Source of the DNA: Methanosarcinales archaeon
Lineage (GTDB): Archaea > Halobacteriota > Methanosarcinia > Methanosarcinales > Methanocomedenaceae
DNA: 64,000 nt
Assembly (NCBI GenBank): GCA_030627385.1
Contig: DAOUSF010000001.1
Coordinates: 12,077-76,076, forward strand
Reading direction: 5' to 3'
In this document: positions 7,198 to 16,922 of the stretch, in pieces
Layout of the letters: each line of letters starts with the position of its first letter
How positions within the stretch are numbered: position 1 is the stretch's first letter
Notes under the pieces: generated by a model
Databases searched by the model: none
Told to the model about the DNA's origin: nothing
Seen by the model: only the letters and a program-made list of their open reading frames with translations
Program-made: the position numbers and the translations under genes

Positions 7198-8361
7198 ATG
7201 CCCACCTATGAAGCAAAGGTAAGTGATTACAAGTGGACCAAATTCAAAAAAAAGTTCAAGGATTACAAAAAGAGGGCTGAAAAACTTGGCTTTCCTGAAC
7301 CTACTTACAAGATCATCAAAGATTTTGGAGAGCCTGCAAAGGGTTGTACTCCTCTTTCCCATGTTTATCGTTTCAGGATTCTTGAAATTACCTATGAAAT
7401 GCCGATCATTGATGGCTGGGAAGTAGTAGGAAACAGAGAGAGAATTGACGGGAAAATCTTTACCAACGTAGTAACGGGTGATGATTGCACTAACTTTCAT
7501 AAATCAGATCTAATAGGGTGCGGTCATTGCCATACAAATCGGTATAGGAACAAGTCAATCTTGCTGAAAAACAAAGTAGATACCATTATGGAAGTTGGAT
7601 CTACATGTGTAATTGACTTTTTTGGACACAAAGTAACCAACCTTGATTGGTTCGTGGAAAGGCTCTTTGAAGGTAATGAGTGGAGCAACGTCGGCGGTGG
7701 AACATATAGTTTCAATCTTGAGCAGGTTCTTGAATATGCATCATTCTATATACGAAAATTCGGCTATCAAAAGGCCAGCGGAGAAGGTGAAGGAACATAC
7801 AATACCAAAGAAAGAGTTTGGGATTGTCACCTTGAACCTCATTTCAGGAGTACACAATTTATCAAACCTGATGTGTCCGTGGAAGATGAAAAAATGGCTC
7901 TTGATACGATATGTCACTGGAAGGGGATGAATGCTGAGGAGAATTACTCCAATTCATATATTACCAATCTGATAAAAATTTCCCAGGAAGAAACAATGAA
8001 TCCCAAATTACTTGGGTATGCAGTATCAATGGCATCCTCTTATCAAATGTATCTGGAAAAAAGGGCCGCAATGAATGCTCGTATTCAGCTTTCCAAATAT
8101 CAAGGACAGATCAAAGACAGAATAAAGGGTGTTCCTGTCAAGCTGACATTCAAGAAGGGATGGGAAACAATGTTCGGATGGACTGACCTGATGTCATTCA
8201 CTGACCTTGATGGAAACGTGTATGTCACATTCTATAAAGGAACAAAGTCAACTCCCGAACAAGGACAGAACATTGTACTTGATGGCACCATTGTTGATCA
8301 TACGGAATATAAAAACGTGGAACAAACAATCGTTAACAGAATAGCCTGGAGGAAAGTTTAA
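7198..8361 (+). CDS. hypothetical protein (387 aa) with Cys/His cluster and OB-fold-like C-terminus
   Basis: RBS AAAGGAGG. It has a GCGHCHTNRYRN...GSTCVIDFFG segment. The OB-like reading of the C-terminus GVPVKLTFKKGW...NIVLDGTIVDH is only an impression. Confidence 0.7.
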   Translation: MPTYEAKVSDYKWTKFKKKFKDYKKRAEKLGFPEPTYKIIKDFGEPAKGCTPLSHVYRFRILEITYEMPIIDGWEVVGNRERIDGKIFTNVVTGDDCTNFHKSDLIGCGHCHTNRYRNKSILLKNKVDTIMEVGSTCVIDFFGHKVTNLDWFVERLFEGNEWSNVGGGTYSFNLEQVLEYASFYIRKFGYQKASGEGEGTYNTKERVWDCHLEPHFRSTQFIKPDVSVEDEKMALDTICHWKGMNAEENYSNSYITNLIKISQEETMNPKLLGYAVSMASSYQMYLEKRAAMNARIQLSKYQGQIKDRIKGVPVKLTFKKGWETMFGWTDLMSFTDLDGNVYVTFYKGTKSTPEQGQNIVLDGTIVDHTEYKNVEQTIVNRIAWRKV

Positions 8362-8789
8362 TGCCTGTATCCAAACGCCAAACAACCTTATATAATAAGG
8401 CAGATAGAGTGGAACAAGCCATACGTGATTGCTTCCAAAGAACAATAACTTACCATGCATCATTCGATCAGTATCTGGAGTGGAGTAAAAAGACATATGA
8501 ACATCCTGACAGGAAAGGATTGACTTCTTACTATGTGGGATATTTACATGGTGTCTCCTCAACCCTCTTTGACCATATTCAAAGGGATTGTGTGGAATGG
8601 ATGATGTATTACACCAACAGAAGGGGCAGGGTCGTTTATGTCCGAAGATGGGAAAGGTTGCCGGCGTATATCAAAGACTCTGGAAACTTTAACGGGAATC
8701 ACTTCTGGAAAAACAAAAGAGGACATAAACGAACTGGGAATCCTAAACCTTTCGGGAATAGTCCTTCTAAAGGAGTTGGAAGAAAATGA
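8361..8789 (+). CDS. hypothetical protein
   Basis: RBS GGAGGAAA; start overlaps the previous stop; 142 aa. Confidence 0.6.
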   Translation: MPVSKRQTTLYNKADRVEQAIRDCFQRTITYHASFDQYLEWSKKTYEHPDRKGLTSYYVGYLHGVSSTLFDHIQRDCVEWMMYYTNRRGRVVYVRRWERLPAYIKDSGNFNGNHFWKNKRGHKRTGNPKPFGNSPSKGVGRK

Positions 8790-9235
8790 AATCCAATATC
8801 ATCTACTTTGGGAAAGAGGTAGTTTTGAGTTGTGATGGTGAATGTTCCAAAGCATGGGGCAGGAACTGGCATGGTAAGAAATGTGGGGAAGCTCCTTCAG
8901 ACCCCGGCATATACGAAGGGAGTAATGCGAAACCTACCGATAAAACACACAATAAATGGTGTGCAAGATCGTGTGAAAGGTCACACTTGATTGGTACGAA
9001 ACCCCTGGACAGTGTAGCAGGAGTGAAGGAATGTATCAACACTATTTATGGTGATACATTCCTAACTCCTGATATTGTAATGCCTGATCCTTGGGTATCC
9101 TGTGTTTGGATAGCAATTGACACCAAGAAAGAAAAGGCAATCGTTGTGTATCTTAAAGAAGAGGGTGCCGAAGAAGTGCCTTATAAAGGTGCTGATTACC
9201 AAAACTATTTATCAATAAGAGGGAATAATGAATAG
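8786..9235 (+). CDS. hypothetical Cys-rich protein
   Basis: RBS AAAGGAG; overlapping stop and start; 149 aa. Confidence 0.6.
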   Translation: MKSNIIYFGKEVVLSCDGECSKAWGRNWHGKKCGEAPSDPGIYEGSNAKPTDKTHNKWCARSCERSHLIGTKPLDSVAGVKECINTIYGDTFLTPDIVMPDPWVSCVWIAIDTKKEKAIVVYLKEEGAEEVPYKGADYQNYLSIRGNNE

Positions 9236-9662
9236 ATACCTTGATCTAAAAAAACAACAGGAAACGGAATTTAATGCATTCCCAATGTTCTTTGCCTTTA
9301 ACAAGGAACAGTTTGCAGATGGAATGAAAAAACTGGGACTGCTTCCTGATCAGCTTGACATGATCTATAAATTTAATGGTGGTGGATATTACAGAAGGTC
9401 CGATGCTAAGGACTTTCATGCTCTCCTCGGGAGACACACAGAGGAAGTGGAGGACGCCATCGTTGCTGATATTAAGGGTGATGGTTATATCTATGAAATG
9501 TTCAGGTATGAACTTGCCAATCATGAATATGGGTATACCTGTGACGATTCTGATACCCTTAATGCGCTGGGGTTGTCCCTGGAAGAGATTGAGGCAAATC
9601 CCGCTCTTAAAGAAGGATTGAAGAATGCCAAAATAACCTGTCATTCTGAATTTATAGGATAA
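9228..9662 (+). CDS. hypothetical protein
   Basis: 144-aa ORF, co-oriented, immediately upstream of the ArdC-like unit. The antisense ORF 9246..9644 is judged a shadow. Confidence 0.6.
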   Translation: MNRYLDLKKQQETEFNAFPMFFAFNKEQFADGMKKLGLLPDQLDMIYKFNGGGYYRRSDAKDFHALLGRHTEEVEDAIVADIKGDGYIYEMFRYELANHEYGYTCDDSDTLNALGLSLEEIEANPALKEGLKNAKITCHSEFIG

Positions 9663-9674
9663 GGGGGTTCTACA

Positions 9675-10049
9675 ATGAAGGATTTTAATGGAAACGTATT
9701 GAAACGGGATGATACTGTGGTGTTTGCTGATAGCAAAGGGAAGTTATTATTAGGAAAAATAGATTGCCTACGTAAAGATAACATTGGCATAATCAGTGAA
9801 CAATCCGCTGGAAACATCACTTACTGGAGAAAGGAAAAAGAGATAGTAAAAATCATTGAGATTCCCCAGGTGGAGAAAATATACATAAAAGCTGACATGT
9901 ATCCCACTGGTTGTGAGCCTGAATGTTTGATCCACGAAGATGAAAAGGGAACTTATTACCTCAGGGATGATGTAAATAAATGGAGAAAGAAAAAATACAA
10001 TCCTCTAAGGGTATCAAAGAAATTGCGGGAGGAAAAATTAAGTGACTAA
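9675..10049 (+). CDS. hypothetical protein
   Basis: RBS AAGGGGG; 124 aa. Confidence 0.6.
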   Translation: MKDFNGNVLKRDDTVVFADSKGKLLLGKIDCLRKDNIGIISEQSAGNITYWRKEKEIVKIIEIPQVEKIYIKADMYPTGCEPECLIHEDEKGTYYLRDDVNKWRKKKYNPLRVSKKLREEKLSD

Positions 10050-10224
10050 AACAGAAAAGGTAATCATGTGTGTTATCATAGTTCTGGTAATGCTTTCTAT
10101 TACCATGATAAGTTATTCCATTATTACAATCAAAAGGCACGGAGGCGTTAATCGGGTCATTATTGAAACGGGAAAAGAAATCATAACCATCAAAAAGCCA
10201 TAGAAAAAAGTTGAAAAAAAACTC

Positions 10225-10254
10225 TTGACAGGTTACGTATTTTTATGTAATAAT
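10225..10254 (+). promoter_or_regulatory. class-1 phage promoter, copy b
   Basis: TTGACA-18 nt-(TGT)AATAAT followed by GTGTATAG. Confidence 0.7.
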
Positions 10255-10300
10255 GTGTATAGTTGAGTATGGAACAAATCATAAGAAAAGGAGATCGAAA

Positions 10301-11155
10301 ATGTCCGATAAAGTTTATACAATTTTACAGGAAAAGATTTTGCAGAAACTTGCCGAGGGAGTTATTCCTTGGAAGAAAAATTGGAACGAATGCGGTGGGT
10401 TTCCCAAGAACATCATTTCCAATAAAGCTTACAAAGGTTTCAACCACATCATGCTTATCTGCCAGGGATTTGCATCCCCTTACTGGATGACCTTTAATCA
10501 GATCAAACAGCTTAAAGGTAAGTTGAAAGAGGGTGAAGGTAAGAACTATGCCATTATCACTTACTGGAAGTTGCTCAAGAGTGAAGACAAGGAAACGGGT
10601 AAAGAAAAGAGTTTCCCAATGATCAGATATTACCGAGTTTACAACTTGGATCAAACTGAGGGGATCACTCCTAAATGGAAAGTTGAAATTCCAAAGTATA
10701 ATAATGACCCAATTGAAAATTGTGAACGGATGCTGGCCGAAATGAGGGAACCCGCCGAAATCATATGGGGAATGAAACCCTGTTATATCTCTGCCAAAGA
10801 TAAAATCGGAATGCCTGAAATGGATCAATTCAAAACTGCCAGTGATTTCTATGATGCCTTGTTTCATGAAACCGCACATAGCACCAAATCAATGCAAAGG
10901 ATGAATCGTGACAAACATTCCTATGCCAAAGAGGAATTGATTGCTGAAATGACATCTTGCTTCCTGTGCGGAATGGCTGGAATTAATCAAGCTGTTATAG
11001 ACAACCAGGCCGCTTACTTAAAAGGATGGGTGGAAAAGATTAAAGGCGAAAACGTAAAGATGATCGTCCAGGCGGCCAGTGAGGCTCAGAAAATTAGTGA
11101 CTGGATACTTAATATAAACGAATTTACCGAAATGAAAAAGGGGGCAGCGGCTTGA
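10301..11155 (+). CDS. ardC: ArdC-like antirestriction protein (ssDNA-binding N-domain plus zincin metallopeptidase domain)
   Basis: The N-terminus ILQKLAEGVIPWKKNW...GFNHIML...WMTFNQIKQLKGKLKEGEGK matches the ArdC N-domain pattern. The C-domain carries HETAHS (HExxH). ATG at 10301 follows AAAGGAGA. Confidence 0.8.
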   Translation: MSDKVYTILQEKILQKLAEGVIPWKKNWNECGGFPKNIISNKAYKGFNHIMLICQGFASPYWMTFNQIKQLKGKLKEGEGKNYAIITYWKLLKSEDKETGKEKSFPMIRYYRVYNLDQTEGITPKWKVEIPKYNNDPIENCERMLAEMREPAEIIWGMKPCYISAKDKIGMPEMDQFKTASDFYDALFHETAHSTKSMQRMNRDKHSYAKEELIAEMTSCFLCGMAGINQAVIDNQAAYLKGWVEKIKGENVKMIVQAASEAQKISDWILNINEFTEMKKGAAA

Positions 11156-11271
11156 GTCCTATTTTAGTTATCCTGGGGATTGTTGGGGCACTTGTTGCCT
11201 CAGCATTCATCCTCATTTACGTAGTTGCCACCGCCAATGACGATATAGACTTTATCCTATAAGGAGTAGCT

Positions 11272-11655
11272 TTGAAGGAATTTAATAACATTCAAATCAC
11301 TGTCCTAAGAAAGGACATGGAGACGGCCTTAAAAGAGGTAGCCAATAAACATGACATCATTATCAACTTGGGAAGGATTACGTATTCCTCCTTTGAATGT
11401 CGCGGAAGTTTTACCAGTGTATGCCAGAAGGATGAGAAAGAGAATATTATCTCTCCAATGGAAAAGGCATACATTGATAGACAGAAATCATCATCAGGAA
11501 TGTTAAATCTGGGTGATACTTTTGAGAGCCGGCGGAGTACTTATACCATCGCTGGATGGAAACCGAAGAATACAAAGTATCCTTTGATTGCAAATAATGA
11601 AGTTGGTCAATCCTATAAATTCGCTGGGAGGTTTGCAATTAAAGATGGCTACTAA
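11272..11655 (+). CDS. hypothetical protein
   Basis: 127-aa ORF with a non-ATG (TTG) start in the track, so the start is uncertain. Confidence 0.5.
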   Translation: MKEFNNIQITVLRKDMETALKEVANKHDIIINLGRITYSSFECRGSFTSVCQKDEKENIISPMEKAYIDRQKSSSGMLNLGDTFESRRSTYTIAGWKPKNTKYPLIANNEVGQSYKFAGRFAIKDGY

Positions 11656-11830
11656 GGTAAAAAGTAAATGTTGGTTTTGCAAGACTTCCGTTGTGTTGGT
11701 ACTGAAAACTCCTGAAAAATACAAAGGAAACGATACGGAATACTATATATGTACTTCTTGCAATGCCGCAAATTCAACTGGTAGAGTAGATGGTGAAATC
11801 AAATCAGGTAAATCAAAAAGGGTGATCTAA
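11645..11830 (+). CDS. hypothetical zinc-ribbon protein
   Basis: MATKVKSKCWFCK...CTSCN; ATG at 11645 within the track ORF 11588..11830. Confidence 0.5.
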   Translation: MATKVKSKCWFCKTSVVLVLKTPEKYKGNDTEYYICTSCNAANSTGRVDGEIKSGKSKRVI

Positions 11831-12051
11831 TGGATCTCAAAACTGCTAAGGGACTAAAACAGGGGCAGGAAATCTGGCACAAGACTTTAAAGAACGCGGA
11901 TGGTACGGCCAGAAAGGCAAAAGTCACATCTGTTAAAACCTGGAAAACAAGACCAGATGAAGTTCTCGTAAATACCAAACGAGGCCTTTATGAATATGGT
12001 GCTGTTGATGAAAAGGAAATACATCTTATTACCAACGTGAAGCCCAAGTAA
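11830..12051 (+). CDS. hypothetical protein
   Basis: 73 aa; start overlaps the previous stop (TAATG). Confidence 0.55.
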   Translation: MDLKTAKGLKQGQEIWHKTLKNADGTARKAKVTSVKTWKTRPDEVLVNTKRGLYEYGAVDEKEIHLITNVKPK

Positions 12052-12077
12052 GGTTCGCTGTATTTTGTCTATTTTAG

Positions 12078-12126
12078 ATCGTTTTGAATTGTTTGATAGT
12101 ATGACATTCAAATAATTCAAAACGAT
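12078..12126. repeat. perfect 13-bp inverted repeat with GATAGTATGACA loop
   Basis: ATCGTTTTGAATT (12078-12090) pairs with AATTCAAAACGAT (12114-12126). It is related to the 5541, 14703 and 29330 elements. Confidence 0.6.
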
Positions 12127-12172
12127 GTAAAAGTGACAAGGTTTCAACTCAAAATCGAAAGGATATAACATT

Positions 12173-12325
12173 ATGAAAAGACTTTTTGAACGGTTTAGAA
12201 AACAATGTGAGGTGTGCTGTTGTTATTCAGGAAATGCAGAAGGGGAAGAAATTGATCCTGATAATGAATGTTCTTTGGGCCATAATATCACAGGTAACAC
12301 AGAATGTGAGGATTTTTCAGAATGA
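12173..12325 (+). CDS. hypothetical small Cys-rich protein (50 aa)
   Basis: MKRLFERFRKQCEVCCCYSG...; the stop overlaps the next start (ATGA). Confidence 0.4.
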   Translation: MKRLFERFRKQCEVCCCYSGNAEGEEIDPDNECSLGHNITGNTECEDFSE

Positions 12326-12549
12326 GTGATAGTACCGAAAAAGTAGAAAAGGCTATTGACCTAATTGAGCAAGCAAGGGAATTGATGAATGATGTGGTAT
12401 CGGGACCATTAGCAGATTACCGAATATGTTCTGAATACTACGCCTATGGTGAGTTTGGTATCCGACAAGCTGGGTGGGGGGGGAAAGGAAATCCCAATGA
12501 TGGTAAGTTACAGGACATCATAGACAAACTGGAAGAGGAGGGACTTTGA
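12322..12549 (+). CDS. hypothetical protein
   Basis: 75 aa, co-oriented, coupled starts and stops. Confidence 0.55.
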   Translation: MSDSTEKVEKAIDLIEQARELMNDVVSGPLADYRICSEYYAYGEFGIRQAGWGGKGNPNDGKLQDIIDKLEEEGL

Positions 12550-12761
12550 AGGATTATAAAAAGAAGTATTACAGGGTGCTTACTACCTTGTGGGTAGTTA
12601 TGATAATTGGTGGTATCTTCCTTTGGAACATTCACAGCACTCTGGATGAAATTGATCAGGAGATTGTTAAAATGGAACAAAGGAAGGAACAAGAACTCAT
12701 CCAGGCATATCATGATGCCGGATGGTTACCTTACGAAAAAACAAAAAGGAATAAAAAATGA
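12546..12761 (+). CDS. hypothetical membrane protein
   Basis: Non-ATG start in the track. One hydrophobic helix, LTTLWVVMIIGGIFLW. Confidence 0.45.
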   Translation: MKDYKKKYYRVLTTLWVVMIIGGIFLWNIHSTLDEIDQEIVKMEQRKEQELIQAYHDAGWLPYEKTKRNKK

Positions 12762-13021
12762 AATTCGATTTTTATGCAGATCCGGGACATGGATGGGTAA
12801 AGGTCCCAAAAAAACTACTAAAAACACTGGTAATTGAAAAGGATATTAGTACCTTTTCTTACATGAAGGGAGTTAATGCTTACCTTGAAGAAGACGGGGA
12901 TCTTAAAAAATTCCTTGATGCAATGAAGATAGCCGGAAAGATTGTTGAGTTCAGAGAACACCACACCGATAAGTCATCTAAAATCAGAAATTATAGAACC
13001 TATAATAAAAATGAAGAATAA
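12758..13021 (+). CDS. hypothetical protein (FYADPGHGW motif)
   Basis: 87 aa, MKFDFYADPGHGWVKVPKKLL. The motif is recalled from other uncharacterised phage proteins. Confidence 0.6.
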   Translation: MKFDFYADPGHGWVKVPKKLLKTLVIEKDISTFSYMKGVNAYLEEDGDLKKFLDAMKIAGKIVEFREHHTDKSSKIRNYRTYNKNEE

Positions 13022-13197
13022 AATTTAGGATTAATAGTGCCAGGAAAATTGATCCCAAATATAACATATTTACATCTGGCATAGAATTGCCTGGATAATT
13101 AACGAACACGTAAAGGAGGAGTGAATGAATTGGACGATCAGAAGAATAAACCCTAATTGGGGGAGGGGGTGTTTCGCTCCCTCTCCCGGAGATTCCT

Positions 13198-13773
13198 ATG
13201 GATAACGAAGGACACAAAGATTCTATAATAAATAAGGGCACTATATCCTGTAGAAGTGATTCAACCAAATGCAATATATCCCAAATAAGCAAAAACGAAG
13301 GATACAAAAAAGGACAGATGGTTATGATAGTGGGGTCAGGTCGTGGTACAAGTGATATCCATGAAAGAGTCAAGGAACATGTTAAACAAATGCAGAAAGA
13401 CATGGATAAAATGAAAGTTACCCTGATTAATCTCGGTGAAGCGGGCAGAGCGGGAGCATCCGCTGGACTTGCATTATCAGAAGCCTTAAAAAAGATGCAC
13501 CTTATTTGTCCTGATGATATGATCCACGTTATGGACAATATGGATTTCAGCAAAGTGGAGCAAACCGTTCTTGACTCATTTGGAGGGTATGGGGGTCCTA
13601 AATTTCCTGGACGATGCTATGATGAATCAGGTCCTATTTCAAAGAAGGCATATAAAAAATTAAAACAACTGGCAAAGAAGAGGGACAGGGCTAACGCAAG
13701 AAGCCACAAACAAGATCAAACAGACCGTTGGTGTAATAAATGGGATAAAAAAATAAAAAGGAAACTGAAATGA
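13198..13773 (+). CDS. hypothetical protein
   Basis: 191 aa with GGAGA upstream. A 26-aa RBS-bearing ORF (13135..13215) overlaps its start. The antisense 12984..13553 is judged a shadow ORF. Confidence 0.55.
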   Translation: MDNEGHKDSIINKGTISCRSDSTKCNISQISKNEGYKKGQMVMIVGSGRGTSDIHERVKEHVKQMQKDMDKMKVTLINLGEAGRAGASAGLALSEALKKMHLICPDDMIHVMDNMDFSKVEQTVLDSFGGYGGPKFPGRCYDESGPISKKAYKKLKQLAKKRDRANARSHKQDQTDRWCNKWDKKIKRKLK

Positions 13774-14333
13774 AATTAATGCAGGATTTTATTATCATAT
13801 ACGCGGTTGGGTGTTTGTTTTCATGGGGGTGCCTTTATTTCTGTATAATGATTGGAGGACAGGAAAAGTTAAAATCACCTGTGATACGTTTGGGTGCAAG
13901 TCTTTCCTGGTTGGTAGTCATTTACTTTTTCATTCTCCTAATCAGGGGATATTTTATAAAAAAGGCAGAAAATAATAAAATAAAAGAGTTTGAAGGTGGA
14001 GGGATTGTACCAAAATTATCTAATGCGGAAATGATAAAAGAGACCATTGATAATTACTGGGTGTATGCTGTTGGGGATGATTTGTTTGATCAAAATGCAT
14101 CCTTGCCTATCAAAGATTCTCCTCTTTGTGTCGTTTACTATTATACTGAAAGGAGAAGTACCTGTGAATCGTGTCCTATTCATAAATTAGGATTTGGATG
14201 CACATTACAGGGATCACTGTGGAGCAAATATGCCGCTATGTGTGGCACAGGCACTCCAAGACAGGATATGGCTATTAAAATGGCAAGACTGTTTGAAAGT
14301 ATATATAAGGAAGAACTTTTAGGTAGAAAATAG
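13770..14333 (+). CDS. hypothetical membrane protein with Cys-rich C-domain
   Basis: Two N-terminal hydrophobic segments; C-terminus CESCPIHKLGFGC. Confidence 0.6.
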   Translation: MKLMQDFIIIYAVGCLFSWGCLYFCIMIGGQEKLKSPVIRLGASLSWLVVIYFFILLIRGYFIKKAENNKIKEFEGGGIVPKLSNAEMIKETIDNYWVYAVGDDLFDQNASLPIKDSPLCVVYYYTERRSTCESCPIHKLGFGCTLQGSLWSKYAAMCGTGTPRQDMAIKMARLFESIYKEELLGRK

Positions 14334-14336
14334 TTA

Positions 14337-14365
14337 TTGACTTTTACGTTTTTTTATGTAATAAT
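14337..14365 (+). promoter_or_regulatory. class-1 phage promoter, copy c
   Basis: TTGACT-17 nt-(TGT)AATAAT followed by GTGTATAC. Confidence 0.7.
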
Positions 14366-14397
14366 GTGTATACATAATAAAACAAAGGAGTCACACA

Positions 14398-14601
14398 ATG
14401 AACAAGATCACGGGCAAGTTTACGGGCACCGCATATTTTAACAGCAAGTCACAAGCCATAGCCTACTACGCCAAGCAAGATACCGACAAACAATCTGTGG
14501 AAACATACATAAAGGAGGATCTGATTCACATCGGTCCTCCTAAAGGTGTTTCTGAGCTTGATCTGGAAATTGACGTTGACGGCAGATATTGGAGGAAATA
14601 A
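14398..14601 (+). CDS. hypothetical protein
   Basis: RBS AAAGGAG; 67 aa. Confidence 0.55.
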   Translation: MNKITGKFTGTAYFNSKSQAIAYYAKQDTDKQSVETYIKEDLIHIGPPKGVSELDLEIDVDGRYWRK

Positions 14602-14702
14602 TGGATCTTTTCGGAATGTTCGATAAATACAAAAACCGGATAGTTGTCATTGTTCTATTGCTTGTCCCGTACTATTTTCGTGAAGGTTTTTATCATTTTT
14701 TA

Positions 14703-14759
14703 ACGTTTTAAAGATTTTGTATAGTAGACATTGCTTTTTACTTAAAACACGCTTAAAAG
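14703..14759. repeat. intergenic element related to 5541, 12078 and 29330
   Basis: CGTTTTAAAG...TGTATAGTAGACA...CTTAAAACACGCTTAAAAG. Confidence 0.4.
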
Positions 14760-14771
14760 ATAGATTTTGAA

Positions 14772-15059
14772 ATGCCAAAAATTAATAAAAACACGGACCT
14801 AAAGCCTTTAGAGGAGTTCTTCTTGGGCAAGGGAACAATTGAAATATTTCCTTTACCTGGAAAAAAATTAAATGTATCTGATTTAGGCGAATATTATCAT
14901 TGGATTAAATTAGATCAAGCTCCTCCATTTCATATTGAATGTAAGGATGTGAAATGTCCAATCTGTGAAATGCTGAAACCTAAAACAAGATGGCAGAAAT
15001 TTAAAATAAGGATATCAAAATTATGGAAACACTTGAATCCCTTCACGCAAACACCTTAA
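14772..15059 (+). CDS. hypothetical protein
   Basis: 95 aa, co-oriented. Confidence 0.5.
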   Translation: MPKINKNTDLKPLEEFFLGKGTIEIFPLPGKKLNVSDLGEYYHWIKLDQAPPFHIECKDVKCPICEMLKPKTRWQKFKIRISKLWKHLNPFTQTP

Positions 15060-15493
15060 ACTATAACCATATTAAAAAGTATGGGATAAGTGAAAAAGAC
15101 CTTGAAGACGTTAACTGGACAATTGCTATAATTGAAACATCCAGACGAAAAAATACCCCCTGGACTGGTGATATTATTGAATGTTCCTCTCCTCAAGATG
15201 GTATGATCAGATATCCTAATGGGCATCTTGACCAACAAATTCATACAGAATTTGCCTCAATATGTGTTCAAGGGGCCACTCCTTTTGTATTTCATAATGG
15301 TAGAGAAATTACATCTTTTTCATGCTCAGGCGGTTATTGGACAAGGGAACAGGAATTAGAAATGTATACGTATCAAGGTCAAAAAGAAAAGATGTTTTGT
15401 CAGTGGGGATCATGCGGGATGGCCCATAGCGGCGCAATCTATTTCCGGGCTATCGTAAATGTCTGGAGACTTATAAAGGAGGGCATTTACTAA
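15023..15493 (+). CDS. hypothetical protein
   Basis: 156 aa. It overlaps the previous ORF by 37 nt, so the start is uncertain. Confidence 0.55.
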   Translation: METLESLHANTLNYNHIKKYGISEKDLEDVNWTIAIIETSRRKNTPWTGDIIECSSPQDGMIRYPNGHLDQQIHTEFASICVQGATPFVFHNGREITSFSCSGGYWTREQELEMYTYQGQKEKMFCQWGSCGMAHSGAIYFRAIVNVWRLIKEGIY

Positions 15494-15756
15494 TGGCGGA
15501 AAGAATAGGAAAAGGACCTCCTGCTATTGTTAGAAACATTGAATTTAGTGTGGACGTTCCGACTCTGTTGAATTTGATGGCTACGGGGGAGGAACATGTT
15601 AAACACGTCCAAGCTATTCAGATTTTTTCTGCCCTTCTTGATGCTGTAGCTAAAAAGGCAATAGATATAAATAATCCTGAATTAACTGAATTGATGTTTA
15701 AAATGAAACTTTTAAAGGTCATGAATAATGAAGGGGATAATTTCAGTGACATATAA
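15493..15756 (+). CDS. hypothetical protein
   Basis: 87 aa; TAATG coupling. Confidence 0.55.
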   Translation: MAERIGKGPPAIVRNIEFSVDVPTLLNLMATGEEHVKHVQAIQIFSALLDAVAKKAIDINNPELTELMFKMKLLKVMNNEGDNFSDI

Positions 15757-15890
15757 AAAGGAATACTTAACTTTGTTAGCTTTAAAGTATAGACCTTGGC
15801 AATTTAAATGGTGTAGCCAAGAATCAGGTTCTGTTGATGTCAGTTGGGTGGAAATTGATGAATGGCTATATAAATACAAGGAGATTTAAA

Positions 15891-16250
15891 ATGCCCACTT
15901 TTTGTAATTGCGAAACTTGTAGGAAATTAAAAAAAGAAATGGAAAAAAGAACGAAAAATCCTTTTTGTTTATACTGTAAGGAAATTCTGGAAGAAACTTC
16001 AAACTACTTTCTGGATGTGGCAGATAATAAATATTCTGTATACCAGAATAAAGATGGATCATTACACGCCTTAAGGCACGGAGTATATTGGCAAGATCTG
16101 ACAGGGAATAATTTAGTGTTCAACCTAATGATTGAGTTACTTGAAGCCAAAGAAAAAATTCAAAAAGTTTTAAATGAATTTCCTGATATTGATTGTGATG
16201 CAAATGATAAAAATTATCTTACTCTAATCTTAAAAGGAGAAATAAAATGA
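15891..16250 (+). CDS. hypothetical Cys-rich protein
   Basis: ATG at 15891 after AAGGAGA; MPTFCNCETCRK...CLYCK. Confidence 0.55.
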   Translation: MPTFCNCETCRKLKKEMEKRTKNPFCLYCKEILEETSNYFLDVADNKYSVYQNKDGSLHALRHGVYWQDLTGNNLVFNLMIELLEAKEKIQKVLNEFPDIDCDANDKNYLTLILKGEIK

Positions 16251-16489
16251 ATCTTGCATCCTGTAAAAATTGCGGCAATGTAATAGATCTGGATAAGGTT
16301 AAATTCATCAATATGGATAATCCTGATGATCCTGGAGATGAAAAATTCAGGGACAAAGATGGTTACTTTGATATGGAAATAGATTGCCATTATAATTCTG
16401 ACTGTGTATGGAACGGCGTTGGCTGCTATCCTCTTGATACGTGGCAATGTACGATCTGTAAAGAGTTTAATGGAAAGGAGGAAGAATAA
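16247..16489 (+). CDS. hypothetical zinc-ribbon protein
   Basis: CKNCG...CTICK; ATGA coupling. Confidence 0.55.
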   Translation: MNLASCKNCGNVIDLDKVKFINMDNPDDPGDEKFRDKDGYFDMEIDCHYNSDCVWNGVGCYPLDTWQCTICKEFNGKEEE

Positions 16490-16568
16490 TATGAGGGCTT
16501 TAAAAGCTGACCAGATTAGGGGTGTTGCCTCAGAACTCCAAACACTGGGCTATTAAAAGGTGATAAAA

Positions 16569-16922
16569 ATGACCAAAAAAGATGCACAGGAAGGAGTTTT
16601 ATACCTTCTCTCATTGATGGAAGATAAAGGATGGGAATCCAGGGTTTGGGAAAATTTAGGGTGGCATTATAGTATCAACAAGGCTGGAATGACTATTTAC
16701 ACCGCACACACTACTCCGGGTGAAGTTCAAAAATACCATTCACTTTTTACCCGGAGCCAAACACATAAAGGTTATGGGGATGTATTTTGGGAAGATATTA
16801 ATTCCAACATAAATCCAAATAAACTGGTAAAAGAGCAGGTGAGAGTGGTTAAAGAGTACATTGAACAATTCAATAAGGAATGTGAGATTGCGTTAAAAGG
16901 GTTAACAAATGAAAATCCTTAA
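16569..16922 (+). CDS. hypothetical protein
   Basis: ATG at 16569 after AAGGTG, within the track ORF 16560..16922. Confidence 0.55.
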   Translation: MTKKDAQEGVLYLLSLMEDKGWESRVWENLGWHYSINKAGMTIYTAHTTPGEVQKYHSLFTRSQTHKGYGDVFWEDINSNINPNKLVKEQVRVVKEYIEQFNKECEIALKGLTNENP

